DNA from: Tubulanus polymorphus
Taxonomy: Eukaryota; Animalia; Nemertea
Length of the DNA stretch: 64,000 nt
NCBI RefSeq assembly: GCF_964204645.1
Contig: NC_134027.1
Span: 682,001-746,000 of the forward strand
Direction of reading: 5' to 3'
Part shown: positions 12,301-22,200 of the stretch, in pieces
Layout: every line of letters starts with the position of its first letter
Position numbering within the stretch: position 1 is the first letter of the stretch
Notes under the pieces: model-generated
The model's input: the letters and a program-made list of their open reading frames with translations, nothing else
Databases searched by the model: none
What the model was told of the DNA's origin: nothing
Program-made: the position numbers and the translations under genes

Positions 12301-15136
12301 GAATAGAACCAATCAGAATAGAACCAATCAGAATAGAACCAATCAGAATAGAACCAATCAGAATAAAACCAATCAGAATAAAACCAATCAGAATAGAACC
12401 AATCAGAATAGAACCAATCAGAATAGAACCAATCAGAATAGAACCAATCAGAATAAAACTAATCAGAATAGAACCAATCAGAATAGAACCAATCAGAATA
12501 GAACCAATCAGAATAGAACCAATTAGAATAAAACCAATCAGAATAAAACCAATCAGAATAGAACCAATCAGAATAGAACCAATCAGAATAGAACCAATCA
12601 GAATAGAACCAATCAGAATAGAACCAATCAGAATAGAACCAATCAGAATAAAACTAATCAGAATAGAACCAATCAGAATAGAACCAATCAGAATAGAACC
12701 AATTAGAATAAAACCAATCAGAATAAAACCAATCAGAATAAAACTAATCAGAATAGAACCAATCAGAATAGAACCAATCAGAATAGAACCAATCAGAATA
12801 GAACCAATCAGAATAAAACCAATCAGAATAGAACCAATTAGAATAAAACCAATCAGAATAAAACCAATCAGAATAAAACTAATCAGAATAGAACCAATCA
12901 GAATAGAACCAATCAGAATAGAACCAATCAGAATAAAAGCAATAAATAGTGTTTTTTCTCGAGTAGTTGCCGAAGAAGCATAAAAATTTGATTCAATTTC
13001 ATTCAGATTTAAACAAACAAATCGAATTTCATTTCATTCAGCGCAAACTTCAAATCTAATTAAAATTTTGTTCAGTATGAATAAGTTGCAAATCATTGAG
13101 AGGAAAAAATAATTAATTGTGTTACTTAAAAAAATCACAATTGTGCTGTGTTTATCAAAACAGGAGACCACAGGACCTTTGGTCCTCTAGTATTCTTTTC
13201 CTAGTTATTCCAAAAACACTAAAACAGTCCAATCAGCGATGGCTGCCAGACCAACACGATTACATTGAAATCAAACTTAAGTAACATCAGGCGCCCCCTG
13301 TTGGAATAATATTCATAGCCGTAGCATCGAAACCATTCGACTTGTTGTTTAATGTATTTCTCTCTATTTTTATTTTACAGTTCTGCAAGTTTTAGAAGAC
13401 TGCCCCTTTGAGGATTTGGTGGGGGAATTCAAAAGAAACTTGGTTCCCGATAGGATATTACCACCACCGGTTAATCCTATGTCGCCCGCTGCTGCCCCTC
13501 CCCCACGTCCATTAAATTCGCCTCAGCAGCGGCCTGTCAGACAGCCGCCCCCGGCCGCCACTCGTTCGTCAGACAGAGTCCGGGGACGGCTGTTTGAAGG
13601 AGATCTGACGGAGGTAAGAATCTTTATTTGTTTTCATATTTTATTCAGGATATCAGTTGAAGTTCAGCAAATAAATTACCAGACCTGTAAACAGAAGAGT
13701 AGTTATAAATTTCCATTTGCGGGTAAAACCCCATAGTCGAAAACCTTCGGTTATTGATCTATATCTGCTTAAAAGACCAATGGTTGTACACACGAGTGCG
13801 AAAACTTATCGCTCAAACTTTGATTGTATCCATGGTAACGCGTACAGTATACTATGCGTGACTTACCGTTTCCTATCACTGGAATACAATACTGTTTTAG
13901 ACCATGAGCGCCATCTGCGGCGGTCATAACGGACTGAGTGGTGATTGGCTGAAATGCTCGTCTACCGTGGTGACGATTATTCGGTGTTACACGTGCAGCA
14001 GACACGTCTCTGAATATCTAACATTTGATTGTTGTAACTCATCGGGAAAAATATGTTTATGAGTCGATTTTTTGTCGAAATTTTGTTCGGCAGAAAATTG
14101 GCTGCATACGTCAAGAAGGCGGCTGATATTTGTATCGTGTGACCCCTCGTCCCGGTAATATGCCGACCCACGTACACCTGAGACCAGTTGCATAGTCAGA
14201 GCTTAGAATTAAGACCGTTTTAAGACCAACTTAGTTCTATAGCCAATCTAATAACTTAAGACCAGTCTTTAGATTTAAGACCACTTTTGGACTTAAGTCT
14301 TGACCATGGAATCGGCCCCAGATGCTTATTCCGCTGTATTGGATGCTGACGTGCTCGTGTCTTCCAGCAATGTTGTTATTCACCAAAAATATCATGTTTT
14401 GTTCGAATAACACGATTCATCTGAGTCTGGGTTTAACGGATGACACGTTCAAACAGAACTACGAAATCAATATCAGAAGTCCTTTTATATTGAAACGGTC
14501 CCAGAAGTCCCTGTTATAATGGGTACTTTTTCAAAAAAAGTAACGAGAACTCCGATGGCTTTCCGTATTCACCGAACTATTTCTATGAGCATCACTCGTA
14601 GATTAACCGAAACGCCACCTTGTGGCACGATATCCTAACTACGTATAGGTGTTTTATTTGCTGAATCGCTGGTTTCTCATTCTGATTTTTTATGTAGTGT
14701 TTAATTTTATACTAAACAAATTTTTCACTTTTTCTCTTTACAGACACGACCACCGCCAAAAAAAACTCGAACTAAAAGGAAAAGAAAAGTTGCGGTCGTC
14801 GTGGCTCCGCAGGGAGGAGGAGCAAGAGTGGTCCCGGCGGATGGTGCGGCTGACGAAGGTAATCGGGAGGAAGGGGAGGGGATAAATAGGAAGCGGCCGA
14901 GGAGGGATGGTGGTGGGGCTGGGGATGGTGCGGGTCCTGCTCCTCCTGCTCCTCCATCCGTATCTCGGGCGGTCACTCGTTCACTCGCCAAAAAGCTGGC
15001 GAGTGAACGAGTGGCCCGAGAGGTAGAGGTGGTGGCCCGACATACGGATGGAATGTGGGAGGAGCGGCTTCGTTCGGGGACAATTCCGGATTTGTTAACT
15101 GATTTAAAAAATATTCTTTCAGTGAAGGGATATTAG
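318..15136 (+). CDS. Spliced orphan gene, copy A (9 coding exons, 340 aa; polyQ, Pro/Ser-rich, basic NLS-like protein)
   Basis: Exons 318-380, 1538-1630, 2191-2229, 2606-2632, 4548-4586, 4797-4866, 11449-11514, 13381-13613, 14744-15136. Each follows a polypyrimidine-AG acceptor, all 8 donors are GTAAG, and phases (0,0,0,0,0,1,1,0) join into one stop-free frame: MPKAIKKTRGTGPSHSSPYNK/RT(Q18)HKFDISMSGID/FLPTTPPSGTSTP/DLSPIQHVD/RQFASEAGSPSLN/LSNNSSSSSAPLPPETPPDLQAR/TLIFRLSRAFRREEFVRLFLPE/FLQVLEDCPFEDLVGEFKRNL...GDLTE/TRPPPKKTRTKRKRK...LSVKGY*. Differences from copy B are mostly synonymous or in-frame. No known family recognised. Confidence 0.8.
446..552. mobile_element. PIF/Harbinger-like MITE
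   Basis: TIR GG(T/C)CCAGTTTCACAAA...TTTGTGAAACTGGGCC, flanked by a CTG/CTG 3-bp TSD. Confidence 0.7.
1133..1276. mobile_element. Tc1/mariner (pogo/Tigger-like) MITE
   Basis: TA|CAGCAGACTC...GAGTCTACTG|TA: terminal inverted repeats with a TA TSD. Confidence 0.7.
3483..3795. mobile_element. MITE-like element carrying a CTCF-like motif
   Basis: IR ATGGGATACCCGCA / TGCGGGTATCCCAT, plus internal IR TCCACCAGATGGCGC / GCGACACCTGGTGGA. Confidence 0.55.
4180..4398. mobile_element. Degenerate MITE
   Basis: Imperfect TIRs CAGGTCCGTAGC...GCTACGTTCCTG. Confidence 0.45.
5703..6590. repeat. 40-bp GC-rich tandem repeat inside the DIRS remnant
   Basis: Unit CATCCAGTCCGGTCCGGTCCAGGCATCACTGGGTACTGAA, about 21 copies with two interruptions. 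Also at ~52439-53326. Confidence 0.93.
6744..7225. repeat. 35-bp tandem repeat
   Basis: Unit CACGTCGAGGGACCGTTTAGGAAGTTCACGTCTTT, about 13.5 copies. Also at ~53480-53961. Confidence 0.95.
7477..8075 (+). mobile_element. Non-autonomous Helentron/DINE-like insertion within the DIRS remnant
   Basis: 5' TTTTTACCCCT...AGGGGTAAAAA inverted repeat, internal ~180-bp degenerate repeats (CATCCAAGATGGCCGCCAC), and 3' hairpin CTTGAC...GTCAAG followed by CTAGTT. AT-rich block interrupting GC-rich gag-like sequence. Confidence 0.45.
8386..8556. repeat. Short 18-24-bp GC-rich repeat (AAGGTTCAGCTCCGGCTCCGGCAGCTC-like)
   Basis: Source of the LKVQLRLRQ repeats in ORF 8303-8665. Confidence 0.8.
9253..9411. 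mobile_element. Harbinger-like MITE inserted in the DIRS RT
   Basis: TIR GGCTGGGTTTCATAGA / TCTATGAAACCGGGTC with CAG/CTG flanks. It sits between the RT GLSTA and YLDD motifs. Confidence 0.6.
9935..10035 (+). mobile_element. Penelope-like element 3' end / pLTR remnant with degenerate hammerhead core
   Basis: CACCTGATGAAG...CCCAAAGCTTGTG..CAAATAAA resembles the CTGATGA...CGAAAGCT..AATAAA end of Penelope pLTRs. GAAA is changed to CAAA. Confidence 0.45.
10050..10990. repeat. 63-bp minisatellite (about 15 copies; about 16 at 56787-57790)
   Basis: Unit ACAATTCCAGTAAGTCAGGTTTAGGGAATAGATATTTAAACCTTGAGATGATACCGATGTGAT. The inter-copy offset rises by exactly 63. Confidence 0.95.
12109..12940. repeat. 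15-bp CCAAT-containing satellite (about 55 copies)
   Basis: Unit TAGAACCAATCAGAA; source of the spurious EPIRI ORF. Confidence 0.97.
14181..14317. mobile_element. Harbinger-like MITE (degenerate)
   Basis: CTG|AGACCAGTTGCATAGTCAG...CTTGACCATGGAATCGGCCC|CAG imperfect TIRs with CWG flanks. Confidence 0.5.
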
Positions 15137-15190
15137 GTGCCTTGAACGCATGAGTCGTTCATGCGCGCCTAATATGCCTTCACTGAAAGA

Positions 15191-15589
15191 AAATCAACTA
15201 TAACATGTACCACATATTTTTTGATTTAATTTTAGTCCAATTCCACAATTATTTCGGCTTTCAATAGTGTCTTCAATTCTTTAAAGCCCAAAGCACCTTT
15301 TTGACTCAACATCCAGTATGAAGGTGGTCGGGAATTGGGCCTGTTTTCTTCGATTTTTGTATCCCGCCCAGCATACTGGTTGTTGACTCGAAAAGGTGCT
15401 CGCTCTGGGAGCTTATCAAAGGCAGGTGATGGGAAAGGTGCCATCACACACTCTCCTTTGATAAGTTTCCTAGAGTGTCACGGGCTTTAACGGATTGAAT
15501 TCACTATAATACCAATTTTCCAAAATCAATTTAATTTCTTTCAGGCCATTCTTTTTCCATGTTTTTCTGGTACATGTTATGGTTGATTT
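15191..15589. repeat. Inverted-repeat element just 3' of the orphan gene stop
   Basis: AAATCAACTATAACATGTACCA / TGGTACATGTTATGGTTGATTT (21 of 22 match), plus nested TTCAATTCTTTAAAGCCC / GGGCTTTAACGGATTGAA. Confidence 0.6.
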
Positions 15590-15759
15590 CCATTTTCGAA
15601 AATCCGGAATTGAAGCCGTTCGAAGTCGGGGGGATGGTGGTGGGGTTGGGTTAGTTTAGGGTTCCTCTCTGATTACCTTCTTTAGCTCATCATCCGTGCA
15701 GGTGGCGCTTGCTCTTCTAGCCGGTGTTCCCTGGGGTAAACATTTTAAATTAAAAAAAT

Positions 15760-16490
15760 AAAAAATTTAAAAAAAATTATAAAATCTTTAAAAATCTCAT
15801 CTCATTTCATCCAATTTATTTATTTGCGGGTGCGATCCCTATCGCACCCATTCATGTCATTCATCCAAAAAAAATTAAAAACTAAAAAAGAAAAAAAAAT
15901 ATAAAAATTTAAAAAATCTCATCTCATTTCATCCAATTTATTTATTTGCGGGTGCGATTCCTATCGCACCCATTCATGTCATTCATCCAAAAAAAATTAA
16001 AAAATTAAAAACAAAATAGAAAATTATAAAATCTTAAAAAATCTCATCTCATTTCATCCAATTTATTTGCGGGTGCGATTCCTATCGCACCCATTCATGT
16101 CATTCATCCAAAAAAAATTAAAAAATTAAAAACAAAATAGAAAATTATAAAATCTTAAAAAATCTCATCTCATTTCATCCAATTTATTTGCGGGTGCGAT
16201 TCGTATCGCACCCATTCATGTCATTCATCCAAAAAAAATTAAAAACTAAAAAGGAAAAAAAAATATAAAAATTTAAAAAATGTCATCTCATTTCATCCAA
16301 TTTATTTGCGGGTGCGATTCCTATCGCACCCATTCATGTCATTCATCCAAAAAAAATTTAAAAATTAAAAACAAAATAGAAAATTATAAAATCTTAAAAA
16401 ATCTCATCTCATTTCATCCAATTTATTTGCGGGTGCGATTCCTATCGCACCCATTCATGTCATTCATCCAAAAAAAATTTAAAAACTAGA
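15760..16490. repeat. ~121-bp tandem repeat (6 copies), each with a 9-bp-stem hairpin
   Basis: GGGTGCGAT-tcct-ATCGCACCC at ~15828, 15950, 16071, 16192, 16310, 16431 in A-rich spacers. Also at ~61920-62650. Confidence 0.9.
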
Positions 16491-16737
16491 AATTAAAGTT
16501 CTAAGTTTGTTGTTAGATTCTATTCAAAGAACGTTGTAAAGTTCTTAATTTGTCGTAAAAAACGTTTGAAAAAAAGAACTTCTTAAAGTTCTCAATCTGC
16601 CGTAAAATGCAATTGAAAAGATTATAACTCACATGAAAATTAAAACGATAAAATTATTGATAAATAATCATTAATAAAAATTGAACTTTGGTCTCGCAAT
16701 GTTTCCCCGTTATGCATTTTTTACTCGTCGTCAAACA

Positions 16738-17335
16738 TCGGCAGCTCATCGTCGATACTCGCAGCTCGATACACAACAGCAGTTCGTCGTCGATACACAC
16801 CAGCAGTTCGATACACGCTAGCAGCTCGATACACACCAGCAGCTCGTCGTCGATACACACCAGCAGTTCGTCGTCGATACACACCAGCAGTTCGTCGTCG
16901 ATACAGACCAGCAGTTCGTCGTCGATACACACCAGCAGTTCGTTGTCGATACAAACCAGCAGTTCGATACTCACCAACAGCTCGATACACGCCAGCAGTT
17001 CGTCGTCGATACACACCAGCAGTTCGTCGTCGATACACACCAGCAGTTCGTCGTCGATACACACCAGCAGTTAGTCATCGATACACACCAGCAGTTCGTC
17101 GTCGATACACACCAGCAGCTCGATACACACCAGCAGTTCGTCGACACTCACCAGCAGCTCGTCGTCGATACACACCAGCAGTTCGTTGTCGATACACACC
17201 AGCAGTTCGATACTCACCAGCAGCTCGATACACACCAGCAGCTCGTCGATACTCACCAGCAGCTCGATACTCACCAGCAGCTCGTCGTCGATACACACCA
17301 GCAGCTCGATACACACCAGCAGCTTGATACCAAAA
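16738..17335. repeat. Compound 18/21/24-bp repeat (CAGCAGTTCGTCGTCGATACACAC)
   Basis: Source of the CIDDELLV and SSSSIHT ORFs. Copy B (62899-63514) has 18 extra bp. Confidence 0.93.
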
Positions 17336-18302
17336 CAGCTTTTAGCTGGTGAAAACCTACCCCCCCATCGGGGTTAAACATGATCAAGCTATTATTCTAG
17401 GAATATAACTGTTGCAAGGGAAGTTAAGATTCATTAACCTAAACTTGATACAAAGAGATTATTGCTAATTATGAATTTCAAGGGTTTAAAAACTGATTTA
17501 AAAATCTTGAAAGACGCTCGGTCTCACTAGAGATTTTCATCTTAAAGATTTATTGTCCTCTTACTATTGTTTAGGTGATCTATAATTTGGTAAATGCTGC
17601 TGTTGGAAAGATGCCAGAAGAAAGTTGATTCATGCACATCTTCACTTCACGTATTTATTGCACAAGGCGCCGACTTGCACCTGCACTACACCATTCACAC
17701 TTCATCACTTCTGCATCTTTATCAATTAATTCTGGCATCTATTTGAAAATTACTTTAAACATCAGATCTCAAACTGAAACATTGAGGTATTGAATTTCAA
17801 ACTGAAATATCGAGCTATCGAATCTCGATCTCAAATGTTTACTGGAAGCCATATTTGATGTTGTATTATTCATCATAGATTGTTTAGTGTTTTCTGGCAT
17901 ATGCGGGCCATTTAAGATGGTCAGATAAATTCCCCGGTGGAAAATATATCTCGTGGAAGAGTCATGGAAATGAAAAATATCTTATGTAGATGTGAAGTTA
18001 GGAACCTTGCAACAGTTATTCCACCTGAGGATAATTTGATATAAGATGAATCAGTTATTGGATCATTTAACTGAAGCCAAATATAGTGAAAAATCTTAGT
18101 ACAAATTTGTCTCAAACTACAATTGAAAGGACTTATCACAGTTCTAATTCGACTCTAGGTGCGTTCAGAAGAACTTCTTAACAGTGAAAAAACTTGACTA
18201 AAAATCAGGAATCGACCCTGTTCATTGATAAGATTTGATCTTTATTTGAAGATTAAGAATCAAACTCGCTAATTCACAATTTTTGGTAGTAAATACTGTT
18301 GA

Positions 18303-18500
18303 TCCATCATATTCGCAGCCCCCGTGGGCTTACCAATCCATCATACGTGCAGCCCCCTTGGGCTTACCAGTCTATCATACTCGCAGCCCCAGTGGGCTTA
18401 TCAATCCATCATACGTGCAGCCCCCTTGGGCTTACCAGTCTATCATACTCGCAGCCCCAGTGGGCTTACCAGTCCATCATACGTGCAGCCCCCTTGGGCT
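18303..18500. repeat. 31-bp (62-bp dimer) tandem repeat
   Basis: CCATCATACGTGCAGCCCCCTTGGGCTTACC-like units alternating with CTATCATACTCGCAGCCCCAGTGGGCTTA, about 6 monomers. Confidence 0.88.
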
Positions 18501-19229
18501 GAATTTGAATATTTGATACGCGACGCGCGTGATTGAAGCTTTGTTTATGTTCGTGCTTGCCGCGATGAATTGTCATAAATATATCCTCCGTACTGGAGGA
18601 CCATGAAAAGGTTTGAAGGGATCCCTAGTTAGCGCCTGTCCAGGTTTGGCTCTGGACCCGCTTGTTCGACGAGGCATCTTGTTGGAAATTTTGTCGACTG
18701 AAACTTTCGTAACTTTCGTTTTAGACCTCGCTTAGAAACCGCCTTATTCTTCTGCCGTAGATGTTGACTGTGTCGTACCCACAGTAGTATCATTTGAGAT
18801 CTTCAAAGTCTCATTGCTTGAAAGTAGCCGTCTTAAATTCAAATAGTTTCGGACATTTGAGGTCCTCATCAACTCCGAGTCTTCATTCAACTGCAGTTAC
18901 TGCCATTTGCCTGTGTCTGATGTAGAAGTGTCTGACTTGACATTTTGATTTTCAGAATTAAAACCTTTTTTCTATTAAAGAAATTACATATTGGTTAAAA
19001 AAAACGAGTGAATAATTGTTTGTAAGAAAAAAGAAAATCTTGTTAGAAAAAAATATAGATGTAAAAAAATATTGATGTAAGAAAAAAAAGTATATTGTAA
19101 ATCGACGAGACAACAGAACCAGCATCAGCAACAACAACATCAGAGGAAGCAGTAACCAGTTATTTATCAGCTCCATAAATTACTGAAACGAAATCCACAA
19201 CTTGGAAACCAGACACGCTCAACTCTAGA

Positions 19230-22200
19230 ATTGTTTATACAACTGTCAACATGGAGTTCATCTCACAAGCAAATTAGGTAATTATCTTATGATTTTGTAT
19301 GAAATGCTAATTTTACATTTTTGCATTTAAGTTTAAATGAGTTTAAAATCACGTTTCATTTGTTGTTTATTTTGTCGTTTCAGTTTTCAATTTGCCGAGA
19401 TTAGTCGTCAGAAAACTGTTACAATGGAAACTAAGATAACAAAAACTTGATTCGGCAAAGATTGAAGAAATCTTGCGAAGAGATTGTTCATAGAACTGTC
19501 AACATGGAGTTCATCTCACAAGTAAATTAGGTAATTATCTTATGAAATTGGATGAATTGCCGATTTTACATTTTTGCATTTCAAGTAGGTGTAATTGAAT
19601 GTTTGTCAACCTAACTCTTATAAAACTGTGTTAACCGTTGAACAGGATTCTAGAACTGTGCAGAAAACCCGTTATCGCTGCTTTGCAGCTATATCTATCT
19701 TATGATTTTGTATGAAATGCTAATTTTTGCATTTACGTTTAAATGAGTTTAAAATCATGTTTCATTTGTTGTTTATTTTGTCTTTTCAGTTTTCAATTTG
19801 CCGAGATCAGTGGTCAGAAAACTGTTACAACGGAAACTAATGTATCAAAGACTTGATTTGGCAAAGATTGAAGAAATCCTGCGAAAAGATTATTCATGAA
19901 TTGTTCATACAACTGTCAACATGGAGTTCATCTCACAAGCAAATTAGGTAATTATCTCATGATTTTGTATGAAATGCTAATTTTTACATTTTTGCATTTA
20001 AGTTTAAATGAGTTTAAAATCACGTTTCATTTGTTGTTTATTTTGTCGTTTCAGTTTTCAATTTGCCGAGATTGGTCGTCAGAAAACTGTTACAATGGAA
20101 ACTAAGATAACAAAAACTTGATTCGGCAAAGATTGAAGAAATCTTGCGAAGAGATTGTTCATAGAACTGTCAACATGGAGTTCATCTCACAAGCAAATTA
20201 GGTAATTATCTTATGAAATTGGATGAATTGCCGATTTTACATTTTTGCATATCAAGTAGGTGTAATTGAATGTTTGTCAACCTAACTCTTATAAAACTGT
20301 GTTAACCGTTGAACAGGATTCTAGAACTGTGCAGAAAACCCGTTATCGCTGCTTTGCAGCTATATTTATCTTATGATTTTGTATGAAATGCTAATTTTTG
20401 CATTTACGTTTAAATGAGTTTAAAATCATGTTTCATTTGTTGTTTATTTTGTCTTTTCAGTTTTCAATTTGCCGAGATCAGTGGTCAGAAAACTGTTACA
20501 ACGGAAACTAAGATATCAAAGACTTGATTTGGCAAAGATTGAAGAAATCCTGCGAAAAGATTATTCATGAATTGTTCATACAACTGTCAACATGGAGTTC
20601 ATCTCACAAGCAAATTAGGTAATTATCTCATGATTTTGTATGAAATGCTAATTTTTACATTTTTACATTTAAGTTTAAATGAGTTTAAAATCACGTTTCA
20701 TTTGTTGTTTATTTTGTCTTTTCAGTTTTCAATTTGCCGAGATTAGTCGTCAGAAAACTGTTACAACAGAAACTAAGATATCAAAGACTTGATTTGGCAA
20801 AGATTGAAGAAATCCTGCGAAAAGATTATTCATGAATTGTTCATACAACTGTCAACATGGAGTTCATCTCACAAGCAAATTAGGTAATTATCTCATGATT
20901 TTGTATGAAATGCTAATTTTACATTTTTGCATTTAAGTTTAAATGAGTTTAAAATCACGTTTCATTTGTTGTTTATTTTGTCTTTTCAGTTTTCAATTTG
21001 CCGAGATTAGTCGTCAGAAAACTGTTACAACAGAAACTAAGATATCAAAGACTTGATTTGGCAAAGATTGAAGAAATCCTGCGAAAAGATTATTCATGAA
21101 TTGTTCATACAACTGTCAACATGGAGTTCATCTCACAAGCAAATTAGGTAATTATCTCATGATTTTGTATGAAATGCTAATTTTACATTTTTGCATTTAA
21201 GTTTAAATGAGTTTAAAATCACGTTTCATTTGTTGTTTATTTTGTCTTTTCAGTTTTCAATTTGCCGAGATTAGTCGTCAGAAAACTGTTACAATGGAAA
21301 CTAAGATAACAAAAACTTGATTCGGCAAAGATTGAAGAAATCTTGCGAAGAGATTGTTCATAGAACTGTCAACATGGAGTTCATCTCACAAGTAAATTAG
21401 GTAATTATCTTATGAAATTGGATGAATTGCCGATTTTACATTTTTGCATTTCAAGTAGGTGTAATTGAATGTTTGTCAACCTAACTCTTATAAAACTGTG
21501 TTAACCGTTGAACAGGATTCTAGAACTGTGCAGAAAACCCGTTATCGCTGCTTTGCAGCTATATTTATCTTATGATTTTGTATGAAATGCTAATTTTTGC
21601 ATTTACGTTTAAATGAGTTTAAAATCATGTTTCATTTGTTGTTTATTTTGTCTTTTCAGTTTTCAATTTGCCGAGATCAGTGGTCAGAAAACTGTTACAA
21701 CGGAAACTAAGATATCAAAGACTTGATTTGGCAAAGATTGAAGAAATCCTGCGAAAAGATTATTCATGAATTGTTCATACAACTGTCAACATGGAGTTCA
21801 TCTCACAAGCAAATTAGGTAATTATCTCATGATTTTGTATGAAATGCTAATTTTTACATTTTTGCATTTAAGTTTAAATGAGTTTAAAATCACGTTTCAT
21901 TTGTTGTTTATTTTGTCGTTTCAGTTTTCAATTTGCCGAGATTGGTCGTCAGAAAACTGTTACAATGGAAACTAAGATAACAAAAACTTGATTCGGCAAA
22001 GATTGAAGAAATCTTGCGAAGAGATTGTTCATAGAACTGTCAACATGGAGTTCATCTCACAAGCAAATTAGGTAATTATCTTATGAAATTGGATGAATTG
22101 CCGATTTTACATTTTTGCATATCAAGTAGGTGTAATTGAATGTTTGTCAACCTAACTCTTATAAAACTGTGTTAACCGTTGAACAGGATTCTAGAACTGT

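Larger units (their letters stand above)
1..17821 (+). repeat. Large segmental/tandem duplication, copy A
   Basis: Matches 46740-64000 base by base. The offset changes 46739 -> 46736 -> 46799 -> 46154 -> 46179 as indels and satellite copy-number changes accumulate. The ORF track is duplicated accordingly. Confidence 0.97.

Noticed and set aside
12084-12983. 299-aa EPIRI-repeat ORF (and the 84-aa version at 58883)
   Set aside because: It is a translation of a 15-bp satellite with a GTG start, lies inside an intron, and its length differs by 43 units between copies.
15640-15665. Telomere-like GGGTTGGGTTAGTTTAGGGTT
   Set aside because: Only about 3 imperfect units; such tracts are common within invertebrate interspersed repeats.
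16654-17377. Overlapping repeat ORFs on both strands (CIDDELLV, SSSSIHT, VDTHQQ)
   Set aside because: A simple repeat with units in multiples of 3 is open in several frames; no start or splice context supports coding.
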